From Candidatus Bathyarchaeota archaeon RBG_16_48_13 (GTDB lineage: Archaea > Thermoproteota > Bathyarchaeia > RBG-16-48-13), in contig MEZH01000013.1 of NCBI GenBank assembly GCA_001775995.1, positions 1-37,654 of the forward strand: DNA of 37,654 bases, in the 5' to 3' direction. The notes beneath the pieces are model-generated. The model had not been told where the DNA came from and ran no database searches. It saw only the letters and a program-made list of their open reading frames with translations. Shown here one piece after another: positions 9,755-18,818 of the stretch; position 1 is the stretch's first letter; every line of letters starts with the position of its first letter. A program made the position numbers and the translations under genes.

Positions 9755-10852
9755 ATGGCAAGAATGCCAACTGATGGAATGGACTTCAACAAGATCCTGA
9801 ACGATTCGTTGCGAATCTTCTTCAAGGATGCGCTGCTGACGGCGGTCACCAACCCATCACAAGGGGTCTTCTTCCTCAGAACCTTGAGGTGGCAGAGACG
9901 GGCAGCTCAAATCAGAGATAACTGGGAGAAACTCGGGATACACGTACCTCCGATACTCGTCTTCAGCGTCACAAGCAGGTGCAACCTGCACTGCAAGGGC
10001 TGCTACGACCAGACTCTGCGCGGATCGCGCGAGAAGGATATCAGCGATGAATTACTAAGGAGGGTCATGGCAGAGGCGAAGGAGCTGGGCATATCGTTCA
10101 TCGTGTTGGGCGGGGGAGAACCTCTGATGCGCCCCCTCGTGCTGGACATTCCTGCGGAGTACCCCGAGATAATGTTCCTCACGTTCACCAACAGCTTACT
10201 GATCGACGACGGCGTCCTCAGGAAAATGAACGATAGAAGGAACATCATACCCCTGCTGAGCCTCGAAGGTTACCAGACGGATACGGATGAGCGGCGGGGA
10301 AAAGGTGTTTACGAAATGCTTCAGAGGTCAATTGACATGCTAAGGCAGGAAGGCATCTTCTGGGGAACATCGCTGACGATCACGAGACAAAACTTCGATG
10401 AGGTAACTGACAGCGTATTCGTGGAGAAACTTTTCAATGCCGGTTGCAGGCTTTTCATGCTCGTCGAATACACGCCTGTCAAAGAAGGGCCCGAAGACTG
10501 GGTATTGAATGAGACTCAGAGATCTGAGCTGATCAAGAGGAGAGACTTATTCCGCGCCAAGTATCGAGCAGCATTCGTTGCCCTTCCATGGGACGAAGAA
10601 GAGATTGGAGGTTGTCTATCGGCGGGACGCGGATTCGTTCACATAAGTTCTGAAGGCAACGTTGAACCGTGCCCCTTCGTTCCCTACTCCGACGTGAACC
10701 TGAAGAACACAGCGCTCAAGGAAGCTCTGCAGTCGAAAATGTTGAGGACGATCAGGGAAAACCACAAACAGCTTCGAGAGATAGGCGGGTGCGCCCTGTG
10801 GGAGAGAAGGAAGTGGGTTAAGTCCCTGGCCGCGAATCCTTCTGAGACCTAA
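9755..10852 (+). CDS. Radical SAM protein with short SPASM/Twitch-like C-terminal domain
   Basis: CNLHCKGC (CxxxCxxC), GGGEPL, GGCLSAGRG...GNVEPCPF and GGCALW. Confidence 0.9.
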   Translation: MARMPTDGMDFNKILNDSLRIFFKDALLTAVTNPSQGVFFLRTLRWQRRAAQIRDNWEKLGIHVPPILVFSVTSRCNLHCKGCYDQTLRGSREKDISDELLRRVMAEAKELGISFIVLGGGEPLMRPLVLDIPAEYPEIMFLTFTNSLLIDDGVLRKMNDRRNIIPLLSLEGYQTDTDERRGKGVYEMLQRSIDMLRQEGIFWGTSLTITRQNFDEVTDSVFVEKLFNAGCRLFMLVEYTPVKEGPEDWVLNETQRSELIKRRDLFRAKYRAAFVALPWDEEEIGGCLSAGRGFVHISSEGNVEPCPFVPYSDVNLKNTALKEALQSKMLRTIRENHKQLREIGGCALWERRKWVKSLAANPSET

Positions 10853-11151
10853 GCGCTCCCAGCCAAGTCGCCATTCCTTCATTGCGCGCCACCGCTTCCC
10901 CTTCTATTGCTGCGATCGGCTGAACCGCAAGAGCCTGCGGTCGCCAGGCCTGTATGTGGACCCCTTGGGCTAGCCTGGGTTCTTCACGAGTAACAGCGTA
11001 AGAAGGAGCCCCCACAAACGGAAGTGCCCTGCGGCTTGTGTGGGGCGAAGGGCGAATAGGACCGGTGTTTTTCATCGATTCTCCCTGATTTCGGGCTCTT
11101 GGCGTCTCGGTTCTTCTGCTGGACCTATGATCAGCGCAAAAGATGAAGCCC

Positions 11152-11172
11152 GCGTTCAAAAGGTTTGAACGC
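11152..11172. promoter_or_regulatory. Perfect 9-bp inverted repeat, candidate operator
   Basis: GCGTTCAAA-AGG-TTTGAACGC about 50 nt upstream of the surface-protein gene. Confidence 0.4.
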
Positions 11173-11220
11173 CCGTTCTAATGCTTAGGATTATGTGCTT
11201 GACCCGTGCTATACCCTTTG

Positions 11221-12351
11221 ATGATTGATATGAACAGCACTGGTTATCAAATTCTCGGGATTGCAGCGCTCATGGGCCTTATCCTGCTGAGCTCTAGCTC
11301 GTTGTCTTTCGCCAACGCAGCTTCGTTTAACAACGTGCAGGTCTTCATCCAGACCGCAAGTGACCTTCCGGATCATTTCACGATCTCGGCCTTCAACATG
11401 AGCGGCTACATGTTTGCCTCGACTCAAAGTAGGTACCCGGCGGCTTCCTTTGAGCTTCCAGACGGCCAATACATCTTCACCGCCACAGCGGAGAGGCAAG
11501 ACTATCAGGTCTACGGTTCGCCAACGCCTATGATGAGCGATTCCACTGGGGTTCAGGAACCGAGCATCGCTAAGGGCGATATGCCGATGCCGTATTATAA
11601 GGAACCAGTGGTTGAGTACGGCTATTCGGTGAGGCAGGTCCTTAGGTCGACGTCCTTCACGATCTCGACTCTGAACGTCACGTCCTTTCCCACATCTAAA
11701 CTCACCATCAAGGTCACCTACGCGAACGGAACGGCTGCCAGCGGCGCCTCCGTCTCCGCGTCGGTCGTGGGATCTCAGTATTACTGGGGTTATGGAAGCG
11801 ACTTGGTGACGTGGAACTCCACGGATGCCGACGGCGTGGCGACCCTTACCGCGCCTCAAGCGCCTGTCCAGATAAATGTCTGGAGCTGGATACCCGTTGA
11901 CCTGCCGAAGGAACAGAGAACGGTTCAGGTAGTCGTCGGCGGCGAGAAAGTGGACGTGACAGTGTACTGGGAGCCGATGCACGTGGGATTGGCGGGTTCA
12001 ATCCTGATAATTCCGCCCCAGACAAGCGCCTCCGTGACGCTGTACGTTCAACAGCCCAGCTACTGGGTGATGCCTTACGCACTCAGGGGATCGCCGACGG
12101 GCGAAGGCCAGACGACCGTCTCCCCTGGCCCCGACTCGATCCCAGCTCCCGTGTACATGCAGCAACAGGGAAACCCCAAACTTCAGGACTATCAGGCTCC
12201 GGAGGTCCAATCTCCCACGGGTTCAACTTCCACACCCGCTAGTCTAGGCCTATTCACCGAGAGCACGTTGCTGGTTGCCATTGCCGTCGCGGCACTTGTG
12301 ACGGCGGCCGTGAGCTTGCTGGTAGCGGTGAGAGCAAGTAGACGGCCTTAG
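11221..12351 (+). CDS. Exported beta-rich cell-surface protein with C-terminal TM anchor
   Basis: Signal peptide (start 11221 or 11230), Ser/Thr/Val-rich beta segments, S/T/P linker (SPTGSTSTP), C-terminal hydrophobic helix followed by RASRRP. Confidence 0.75.
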   Translation: MIDMNSTGYQILGIAALMGLILLSSSSLSFANAASFNNVQVFIQTASDLPDHFTISAFNMSGYMFASTQSRYPAASFELPDGQYIFTATAERQDYQVYGSPTPMMSDSTGVQEPSIAKGDMPMPYYKEPVVEYGYSVRQVLRSTSFTISTLNVTSFPTSKLTIKVTYANGTAASGASVSASVVGSQYYWGYGSDLVTWNSTDADGVATLTAPQAPVQINVWSWIPVDLPKEQRTVQVVVGGEKVDVTVYWEPMHVGLAGSILIIPPQTSASVTLYVQQPSYWVMPYALRGSPTGEGQTTVSPGPDSIPAPVYMQQQGNPKLQDYQAPEVQSPTGSTSTPASLGLFTESTLLVAIAVAALVTAAVSLLVAVRASRRP

Positions 12352-12354
12352 ATG

Positions 12355-12430
12355 TCCAGCGGTTCCACCCGCTGGAAGCAGATTGCCAGCCCAGCGCAGA
12401 GGAATGCGGTGGGCTGAGCGTTGCTTTTTT
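12355..12430 (+). terminator. Tandem hairpins followed by T6 tract between convergent genes
   Basis: TCCAGCGG-N6-CCGCTGGA (12355-12376); CAGCCCA-G-CGCA-N6-TGCG-G-TGGGCTG (12387-12416); TTTTTT (12425-12430). Confidence 0.45.
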
Positions 12431-12574
12431 CGGAGGCTACAGCGGGGCGGTTAAAGGCTCAAGCGCGCCGTGGGCCGAGCCTAATGAACTAAGAATCTGG
12501 TGGAACCGCTTCACTCTCGGGGACAGTTCGCTGCTCTTGCAGAGCCTGAGGTAGCTCGACTCGAGCAAGCAGGG

Positions 12575-13432
12575 TCACATCTTCAACGCCTTGAATAGGG
12601 TAATGTGAACGACCTGTCTTTCCTCAACCTTCCGGAAGAGGTCTCGAAGCATCGCTTGGATGGTCTTTCTATCAGCGTATTCCTCCGCTTCTTGCTGTTC
12701 GCGCTCGTACCTCTCCACAAAGTCACCTATCGTCATAGGGTCCGAAGGCTTCGTTACGAGAGACGTCGGCACCAAGATCGCCAGTGTTCCTCCCTCTTTT
12801 AGCACCCTTCGCCACTCCCCCATCGCCGCCCGAATGGAATCCTTTTTGGGTATGTAAATGATCACCTCTAGATCGGCATGCCCCTCCTTTAGTGGAATGT
12901 TTCCGAGGTCGCCGTCTAGAACCGACAGATTGTCAAGATGGATGTCCGCCTCCACTGACTTTGGCTTCACCAGGTACACATTGCCCAAGGTCGTCCGGCG
13001 GCAAATGGACTGTAACACCTTTTCGATGATCGCCGAGTAAACAGGGGTGACGAGGACGACGTTGCCTCGTTCCTTCCATCCCCGGGTGACATACTTGGCG
13101 ATGCGATCGAAGACGCTGGTCTCCGAAGGGAGCCCCAACAGATACTCTCCGTAGGAGACGTGAACAATTTCAATAGCTTCCGCTAGGATCTTCTCGAGCT
13201 CTTCTTTTCCCTTCCCGCCGAGCTGGTACACCCTCTTTTTGGGACCAAGTTGGCTTTTGTGCCAATGACTCTCAAGCAGCCCCTCTCTTAGCATCTCGTT
13301 GAGGACCTTGTAGAGTCGGCCCAACTCAACCTCGACGCCTTGGCGTTTGAGCCTCTTGTCGACCTCGTATCCATGAAACTCATCGCCTTTGAACATCTTT
13401 AGGATGAGTTTCTTGAGATCCGCAGTTTCCAA
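12575..13432 (-). CDS. PadR-family winged-helix regulator fused to a degenerate class I methyltransferase-fold domain
   Basis: HGYEV...GRLYKVLNEMLREGLLES...GPKKRVYQL (PadR); GDLGNIPLKEGHAD...EWRRVLKEGGTL (methyltransferase type 11-like); TTG start. Confidence 0.78.
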   Translation of the reverse strand: METADLKKLILKMFKGDEFHGYEVDKRLKRQGVEVELGRLYKVLNEMLREGLLESHWHKSQLGPKKRVYQLGGKGKEELEKILAEAIEIVHVSYGEYLLGLPSETSVFDRIAKYVTRGWKERGNVVLVTPVYSAIIEKVLQSICRRTTLGNVYLVKPKSVEADIHLDNLSVLDGDLGNIPLKEGHADLEVIIYIPKKDSIRAAMGEWRRVLKEGGTLAILVPTSLVTKPSDPMTIGDFVERYEREQQEAEEYADRKTIQAMLRDLFRKVEERQVVHITLFKALKM

Positions 13433-13569
13433 CGCACGATGTCCTCGCTACATGTATTCCTAAGCTATAGTCGAAATCACTTATATGCTTACTGACTTGA
13501 TCGGGAATGCATGGCTTTTTCTCGGATTCCCTTCCGGTCTAGAATGCCGTTTCTTGATTCTCCTGCACT

Positions 13570-13589
13570 TTCCGGAATAATATCCGGAA
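13570..13589. promoter_or_regulatory. Inverted repeat in divergent promoter region
   Basis: TTCCGGA-ATAATA-TCCGGAA between the PadR-fusion gene and the GAF gene. Confidence 0.3.
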
Positions 13590-13837
13590 CGTATGGCTGA
13601 GGATGGAGCGATGAAATTCATTTTCTCTAGCGCCAAGATCCTAGGTCTTATTGAAGAGGTCAGTCAAAGACAACCCCGGCGGCTTCAGGCGGGTTCGATA
13701 TCTTTGACTCTTATTTACCATGAACTGACCTGATTTCGGAGAGTCCCGAAAAAGTCTATACAGCGGGTCGAAACCAAGAACCAAAGATCCTTTGACACTA
13801 TATGTGCGATTGTACTATAGCCAATACTCCTTAGTAC

Positions 13838-13845
13838 TTTATATT
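13838..13845 (+). promoter_or_regulatory. Candidate TATA box of a leaderless transcript
   Basis: TTTATATT whose TTTATA core ends 24 nt before ATG 13868, typical archaeal TATA-to-TSS spacing. Confidence 0.45.
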
Positions 13846-13867
13846 TTTCTCCATGTTAAATCAGTCT

Positions 13868-14521
13868 ATGTCTCGTTCTAGCGCGTTCGATGTTGCTGAC
13901 TCTCTATTATTGCGTGGTGGCAAGGAAGATGAAGATGCTCGTTTTTGGCGTACGTTGTACGAAGTCTCTCTGTCTCTGAATTCTTCTCTGGCGCTTTCCG
14001 AGGTCCTGCAGCAGACCGTGAAGTTGACCGCCGAAGCCATGGGCGTCAAGGCGTGTTCGCTGAGGCTACTTGACGAGAGGGAAAAAAGCCTTGAGATGGT
14101 CGCGGCCTACGGTTTGAGCAACGCCTACATGAATAAAGGGCCCGTTGAGCTTGGGAGAAGCTTGATCGACACAGAAGTGATGCAGGGACGGGTTCTAGCC
14201 ATAGTCAACGCTTCTAGGGATCCGCGCTGGCAATACCCGGAGGAAGCTAGGAAGGAGGGTATAAAGTCGGTCCTCTGCGCACCGCTAACGGTAAAGGGCA
14301 GGGTGATTGGCACCATTCGGGTGTACACCTCCCGGAGACATATTTTCACTAGCAAGGAAATCCAGTTTCTCTCTGCGCTGGCGAGCCAAGCCGGCTTATC
14401 CATCGATAACGCCAAGCTCCACATGGTATGCCTCAGAAGCTACCAAGACGCCGTCGATGAAGTCTGGAAGAAGACTGATGTGTGGGGCTCAGGGGAACAG
14501 AGGATCTTAGCCCAAACATAG
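13868..14521 (+). CDS. Stand-alone GAF-domain protein
   Basis: LYEVSLSLNSSL...ACSLRLLD...SVLCAPLTVKGRVIGTIRVY...LSALASQAGLSIDNAKLH; no output domain; start 13868 or 13853. Confidence 0.85.
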   Translation: MSRSSAFDVADSLLLRGGKEDEDARFWRTLYEVSLSLNSSLALSEVLQQTVKLTAEAMGVKACSLRLLDEREKSLEMVAAYGLSNAYMNKGPVELGRSLIDTEVMQGRVLAIVNASRDPRWQYPEEARKEGIKSVLCAPLTVKGRVIGTIRVYTSRRHIFTSKEIQFLSALASQAGLSIDNAKLHMVCLRSYQDAVDEVWKKTDVWGSGEQRILAQT

Positions 14522-14575
14522 GCAGTTCTGATCAGAATACGATCTAGCGAACTGCGTAAAGTTCCAAGTTCATGA

Positions 14576-15145
14576 ATGGATAATTCTCGGAGGGCTGCCA
14601 CGTCTAGGAACTATAGAGCTATAGTCTATTTCGATAGGCCCGGTCAGGAAAACACCAACGAAGTCGTAGATCTCGTTCAAACGCGTTTTGATGAGGGTGA
14701 TATTTCCAAGATCATCGTGGCAACCACGAAGGGCGTCACCGGCCTGAAGTTCGCCAAGGCCTTCAAAGGAAAGGTCAGCACAGTTGCCATATCTCATGAG
14801 AAGATGGAAGTCGACTACAGAAAAGAGATGGAGGAACTCGGGGCGAAAGCTGCTGAAAGGTCACACCTGCCTTTCCATGCAGAGGGAATGGACGTGGTTA
14901 GGGACACCCTGTACACATTGGGACAGGGTTTCAAGGTGGCACTGGAAATAGTTCTCATCGCTACCGACATGGGTCTGGTTCCGCCGTACAACCGCGTAAT
15001 AGCCGTGGGGGGCACTGACAGGGGCTCCGATACAGCCATAGTGGCTCGTTCCACGACGACAGCCGAGGCATTCACAAGGGATGAGACAAAGCGACTCGAA
15101 GTTCGCGAGATACTGTGCATGCCGCTGAAGAAGACTTGGCTCTAA
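14576..15145 (+). CDS. Stand-alone pyruvate kinase C-terminal-like alpha/beta domain protein (COG1751/MTH1675-like)
   Basis: YFDRPGQENT, IIVATTKGVTG, TLYTLGQGFKVALEI, AVGGTDRGSDTA and EILCMP motifs. Confidence 0.82.
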   Translation: MDNSRRAATSRNYRAIVYFDRPGQENTNEVVDLVQTRFDEGDISKIIVATTKGVTGLKFAKAFKGKVSTVAISHEKMEVDYRKEMEELGAKAAERSHLPFHAEGMDVVRDTLYTLGQGFKVALEIVLIATDMGLVPPYNRVIAVGGTDRGSDTAIVARSTTTAEAFTRDETKRLEVREILCMPLKKTWL

Positions 15146-15233
15146 GATCTTTGGGTACTGCGCGCTTGCAACGATTCGATCGATCCATAAGAGTATTTCG
15201 ATCATCAGGACGTGGAAGAGTAGACTCTTATTG

Positions 15234-16319
15234 TTACTTTCGCTGAGTCATTCCTTCCATGCCGGCTAGCTGGTTTGGCCTAGACAATTTGGTGCGCTTT
15301 ATCTCCTCTATTAGTGCTGGCACAATATCTCGATAATCACCTACGACACCATAGTCGGCGTACTTGAAAATGGGAGCCTCAGAATCCGTGTTGATGGCCA
15401 TGACGCTTTTTGCTTCCCTGATTCCGAAGACATGTTGAGCTGAACCGCTAATTCCAACCGCAATGTACAGTATTGGTTTCACCGTTTTTCCTGTTTGTCC
15501 TATTTGGCGGTCTGCCGGCAGCCAGCCAGCGTCTACTGCTTTTCGTGACCCTGCCACAACCCCCCCAAGTTGGGAGGCAAGCTCCTCCAAAAGTCCAATG
15601 CCCTCTGGGCCTCCGATCCCCTTACCAGCGCTTACAATGCAGTCTGCTTTCTCCAGAAGCACTCTACCTAGTCCCAGACTTTGACTATTGACCAAACGGC
15701 CTCTGGGTTTTGGAACGTCAACCTCGGCCCTGATTATTTTTCCCATTTTCCCCTCATCGCGCTTGGGAAGAGGAAAGACGTTTGGTCGAGCGGTGGCTAT
15801 TTGGGGTCTCCTAAAGGGTGTTCTGATGGACGCTAACATGATAGCTCCAAACGGAGGCCTTATCTGAAGGACGTCTCTGCTTTCGGAATCCACGTCAAAT
15901 CCGGTGCAGTCAGCAGTTATCCCCACCCTCAAGATGTTCGCAATGCACGGCGCCATCTCTCGGCATCTCATGGTTCCAGCTATCAGTATGAGTTCAGGCT
16001 TGAAGCGCTTGGCGAGTTGGGCCATCACTGACGCATATATTTCTGGAAAGTAGGTGCCCAACGATGGTTCATCCACAAGTATTGAACGATCAGCACCATG
16101 GTAGAACATTTCCCTAGCGACTTTAGAAATTTTGGACCCTAAGATCACTCCCGTCACATCAACATCGAGCTTAGTCGCTAATTCCTTCGCTGGTGTGAGC
16201 ATCTGTAGGGACGCCTCAGAAATTCGTCCCCCGTGGATGTCGCCTAATACCCATATTCCCCGGTAATCTTTCTTTTCGACGTCCTCCCACTCAGGGCAAG
16301 ACGATTCCTTTTCAGACAT
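15234..16319 (-). CDS. fixB: Electron transfer flavoprotein alpha subunit (FixB/EtfA)
   Basis: GITADCT, QIRPPFG, SAGKG, GSRKAVDAGW and QIGQTGKTVKP..YIAVGISGSAQH motifs; start (ATG 16319 or GTG 16322) overlaps fixA stop. Confidence 0.93.
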   Translation of the reverse strand: MSEKESSCPEWEDVEKKDYRGIWVLGDIHGGRISEASLQMLTPAKELATKLDVDVTGVILGSKISKVAREMFYHGADRSILVDEPSLGTYFPEIYASVMAQLAKRFKPELILIAGTMRCREMAPCIANILRVGITADCTGFDVDSESRDVLQIRPPFGAIMLASIRTPFRRPQIATARPNVFPLPKRDEGKMGKIIRAEVDVPKPRGRLVNSQSLGLGRVLLEKADCIVSAGKGIGGPEGIGLLEELASQLGGVVAGSRKAVDAGWLPADRQIGQTGKTVKPILYIAVGISGSAQHVFGIREAKSVMAINTDSEAPIFKYADYGVVGDYRDIVPALIEEIKRTKLSRPNQLAGMEGMTQRK

Positions 16320-17161
16320 CACCTATGGGCCCCTCCGATAAGGTTGATGTCTTCATCCGCGTACTTCTGCATCAGCCACTTTGCTGCCTTTCCGGCATCA
16401 GGGTCCATGAAGACCTCGCGTTTGCGCTTGACCTCAGGAGTGTAATCGATCTTGGAAACCCATGTGGGTGATCCCTTCAGCCCTACACAGTTTGGGTTGA
16501 GCTTCAAGATTTCGTTGGTAACAATCTCAATAGGCTTCTCTGCTTTAGCTCTGATTTTGTAGATCAGTCTCACAGGCCTCGGTTCCCTGCTCTTCATCGC
16601 CACTCCTAGAACAGCTGGCAGAGGGAGATCGTAAATGGTCTTCTCATCCTCAAGCCACCTTTCGACAGCTATGAATCCGTTTTCTTTGATCTCGACGCTT
16701 CTCACGTAATAGAGGTATGGGAGGTCTAGCCATGAAGCAGTCTGCGCGGCTATGTGCGCGGTGGAGCTGTCAATCGTCTCCTGGCCGAAGATCACAAGAT
16801 CTAACTTGCCGCGCTGATTGGAGATCCTCTTTACGGCGTGAGCAAGGACGTAGCTCGTTGCCAGTGTATCAGCACCACCGTATATTCTGTCAGACACTAG
16901 AATTGCGCTATCTACCCCCATACCCAAGACCTGCTCCAGTCCCTCAATCGCTGAAGGAGGAGCCATGCTTAACGCATTCACTTCACCGCCATATCGATCC
17001 CTCAGATCTAGGGCAAACTCCACGGCGTCTAGGTCGTGAGGATTAACGATGCTGGGGACGCCCTCCCTTATCAATGCCCCCGTCTTGGGGTCAAATCTGA
17101 CATTCGAAGTATTGGGAACCCACTTGATGCCCACGAGGATCTGCAAACCCAACCTCTTCAT
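16319..17161 (-). CDS. fixA: Electron transfer flavoprotein beta subunit (FixA/EtfB)
   Basis: KWVP, LIREGVPSIVNPHD, GADTLATSYVL and FGQETIDSSTAH motifs; ATG 17161. Confidence 0.93.
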   Translation of the reverse strand: MKRLGLQILVGIKWVPNTSNVRFDPKTGALIREGVPSIVNPHDLDAVEFALDLRDRYGGEVNALSMAPPSAIEGLEQVLGMGVDSAILVSDRIYGGADTLATSYVLAHAVKRISNQRGKLDLVIFGQETIDSSTAHIAAQTASWLDLPYLYYVRSVEIKENGFIAVERWLEDEKTIYDLPLPAVLGVAMKSREPRPVRLIYKIRAKAEKPIEIVTNEILKLNPNCVGLKGSPTWVSKIDYTPEVKRKREVFMDPDAGKAAKWLMQKYADEDINLIGGAHR

Positions 17162-17172
17162 ATGCCCCTTTC

Positions 17173-17475
17173 TCAAGTGAATCTGTATTGAATACCCTTA
17201 CCGCTTCTTGGATAGTTCCAGCTGATTGCATTTTGTGGGCAGACAATCCTGCATGTCCCGCACTCCAGACAACCTGAATAGCTGAACAGGACTTTTCCAC
17301 CTAGTAGATCGTAGCATTTGGCTGGACAGAGATCTATGCAAGGTTTGGTTTCGCAACCGATGCAACGATCAAAATTCACCGATATGTGCGGTGTCTCCTC
17401 CACGTCATAAAGGTCGACCTTCAGAATGTCGTCCACGTTGACGGGCTTTTTCGTGAGGTCATCCTTTTGGGTCAT
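17173..17475 (-). CDS. fixX: FixX-type 2[4Fe-4S] ferredoxin
   Basis: CIGCETKPCIDLCPAKCY and GCLECGTCRIVC...WNYPRSGKGIQYRF; ATG 17475 overlaps fixC TGA. Confidence 0.92.
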   Translation of the reverse strand: MTQKDDLTKKPVNVDDILKVDLYDVEETPHISVNFDRCIGCETKPCIDLCPAKCYDLLGGKVLFSYSGCLECGTCRIVCPQNAISWNYPRSGKGIQYRFT

Positions 17476-18785
17476 AATGTTCTCCCGATCTTGTACATGT
17501 CTTTGATCGCCGTCCAAGCGTCTGGGCCTACATCCTTCTGGGCGCCTCTGAGCGCTTTCCAAATGGTTGGACTTTCGAGTCCGATGTTGAATATTCTCCC
17601 CAAACCACTGTTAACCAGCCTTGGATATTGATCAAAGAAGTGAGGGTTGCGTCTGATGTATTCCAGTCCATTGTGTTTCCTTAACTCTCTGCCGATGAAT
17701 GATTCTTCCACCCGCCGACCGTATGCTGAGAGCATTTCGGACGTGAAGTCACCTTCTGCATGTGCCTTTGTGAAGGTTTCAGCCGCAAGGTAGCCCGAGT
17801 AGGCCGCCAAGTCCACACCCCGAATGGTCATGCCATTATTGAGAAGGACCCCAGCAGCATCGCCGACTACCAACAGCCCAGCGCCGCTCAATCTTCTGGG
17901 CATGAATCCACGCCAATATTCGGGTACCAGTTTTGCAGAGTATTCCAGCAGTTCCCCATCCCTCCACAGATGCTTGAGTTTAGGGTGAAGTCTAAAGTCC
18001 TCAAGAAGTCTGGAAATATGCCCGTTAGTTCTCTTGACGGCGTGAGAAAGAAACAGAACAAGACCAATGCTGACGCTGTCCCTGTTGGTGTAGACGAATG
18101 CACCTCCAGGTATATATCTGGTAACGCTACCAAGAAGAATCCATGCCATGCCCTCATCTTCCAGGCCAAACCTCTGGTTGACTCGCTCCGCGTCGAGCTT
18201 GATCGTCTCCTTCAATCCTATCGCGAGATCCTCTTGGCGTGGGACGTTCATTTGCCAAGCGCCTTCAAGAAGAAGCCTGTTAACGCCCTCGGCGTCGATG
18301 ACAGTGTCGGCGTAAACGGTGTCAGGTCCGGCCTGAACGCCTATCACCTTTTCTTTTTCGACTACCAGCCTGTCCACCCTCACCTCAGTCGCCACCAAAG
18401 CGCCGGCTTCTTCCGCTTTAGCCCTCATCCAGTTGACAAGTTCAGGCAGATACGTCGTGAAACTCTTGGATTCTCCGCCCCTGTATTCGATCGAGGTGAG
18501 TCCTTCATCAGAGACGAAGCTGAGTCTTTCAGCCTTTACCCATCGATGCACGGGGGCATCCTTCCTCAGCGATGGAAAGATTGCCTCCAGCGGTTCTGAA
18601 TAAACGCGGCCACCATACATGTTCTTGGTGCCAGCTCTTCGGCCCCGATCTATCATCAGCACCTTGAAACCCTTGCGAGCCAAGGTGAATGACGCCGAGG
18701 ATCCGGCAGGCCCAGCCCCAACGACGATTGCGTCGAACCTGTTGGTTGAAGGACTCGCGTTGGGGGTTGAGTGTTCGGTTGACAT
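17472..18785 (-). CDS. fixC: FixC/EtfC FAD-dependent ETF:quinone oxidoreductase
   Basis: GAGPAG Rossmann motif, GTKNMYGGRVY, EYSAKLVPE, VVGDAAG...RGVDLA; context with fixX, fixA and fixB. Confidence 0.9.
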   Translation of the reverse strand: MSTEHSTPNASPSTNRFDAIVVGAGPAGSSASFTLARKGFKVLMIDRGRRAGTKNMYGGRVYSEPLEAIFPSLRKDAPVHRWVKAERLSFVSDEGLTSIEYRGGESKSFTTYLPELVNWMRAKAEEAGALVATEVRVDRLVVEKEKVIGVQAGPDTVYADTVIDAEGVNRLLLEGAWQMNVPRQEDLAIGLKETIKLDAERVNQRFGLEDEGMAWILLGSVTRYIPGGAFVYTNRDSVSIGLVLFLSHAVKRTNGHISRLLEDFRLHPKLKHLWRDGELLEYSAKLVPEYWRGFMPRRLSGAGLLVVGDAAGVLLNNGMTIRGVDLAAYSGYLAAETFTKAHAEGDFTSEMLSAYGRRVEESFIGRELRKHNGLEYIRRNPHFFDQYPRLVNSGLGRIFNIGLESPTIWKALRGAQKDVGPDAWTAIKDMYKIGRTL

Positions 18786-18818
18786 TACACGGTTACCTGG
18801 GAAAAAAAGGGGGAGAAG

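Noticed and set aside
10818-11159. 113-aa minus-strand ORF and 7-bp CCCCACA/TGTGGGG stem
   Set aside because: No protein motif, overlaps the radical SAM end, and the stem is short enough to be chance.
11209-11982. 257-aa minus-strand ORF
   Set aside because: Antisense shadow of the surface-protein gene; Arg/His-rich with no recognisable domain.
17760-18599. 279-aa plus-strand ORF
   Set aside because: Lies wholly antisense to fixC.
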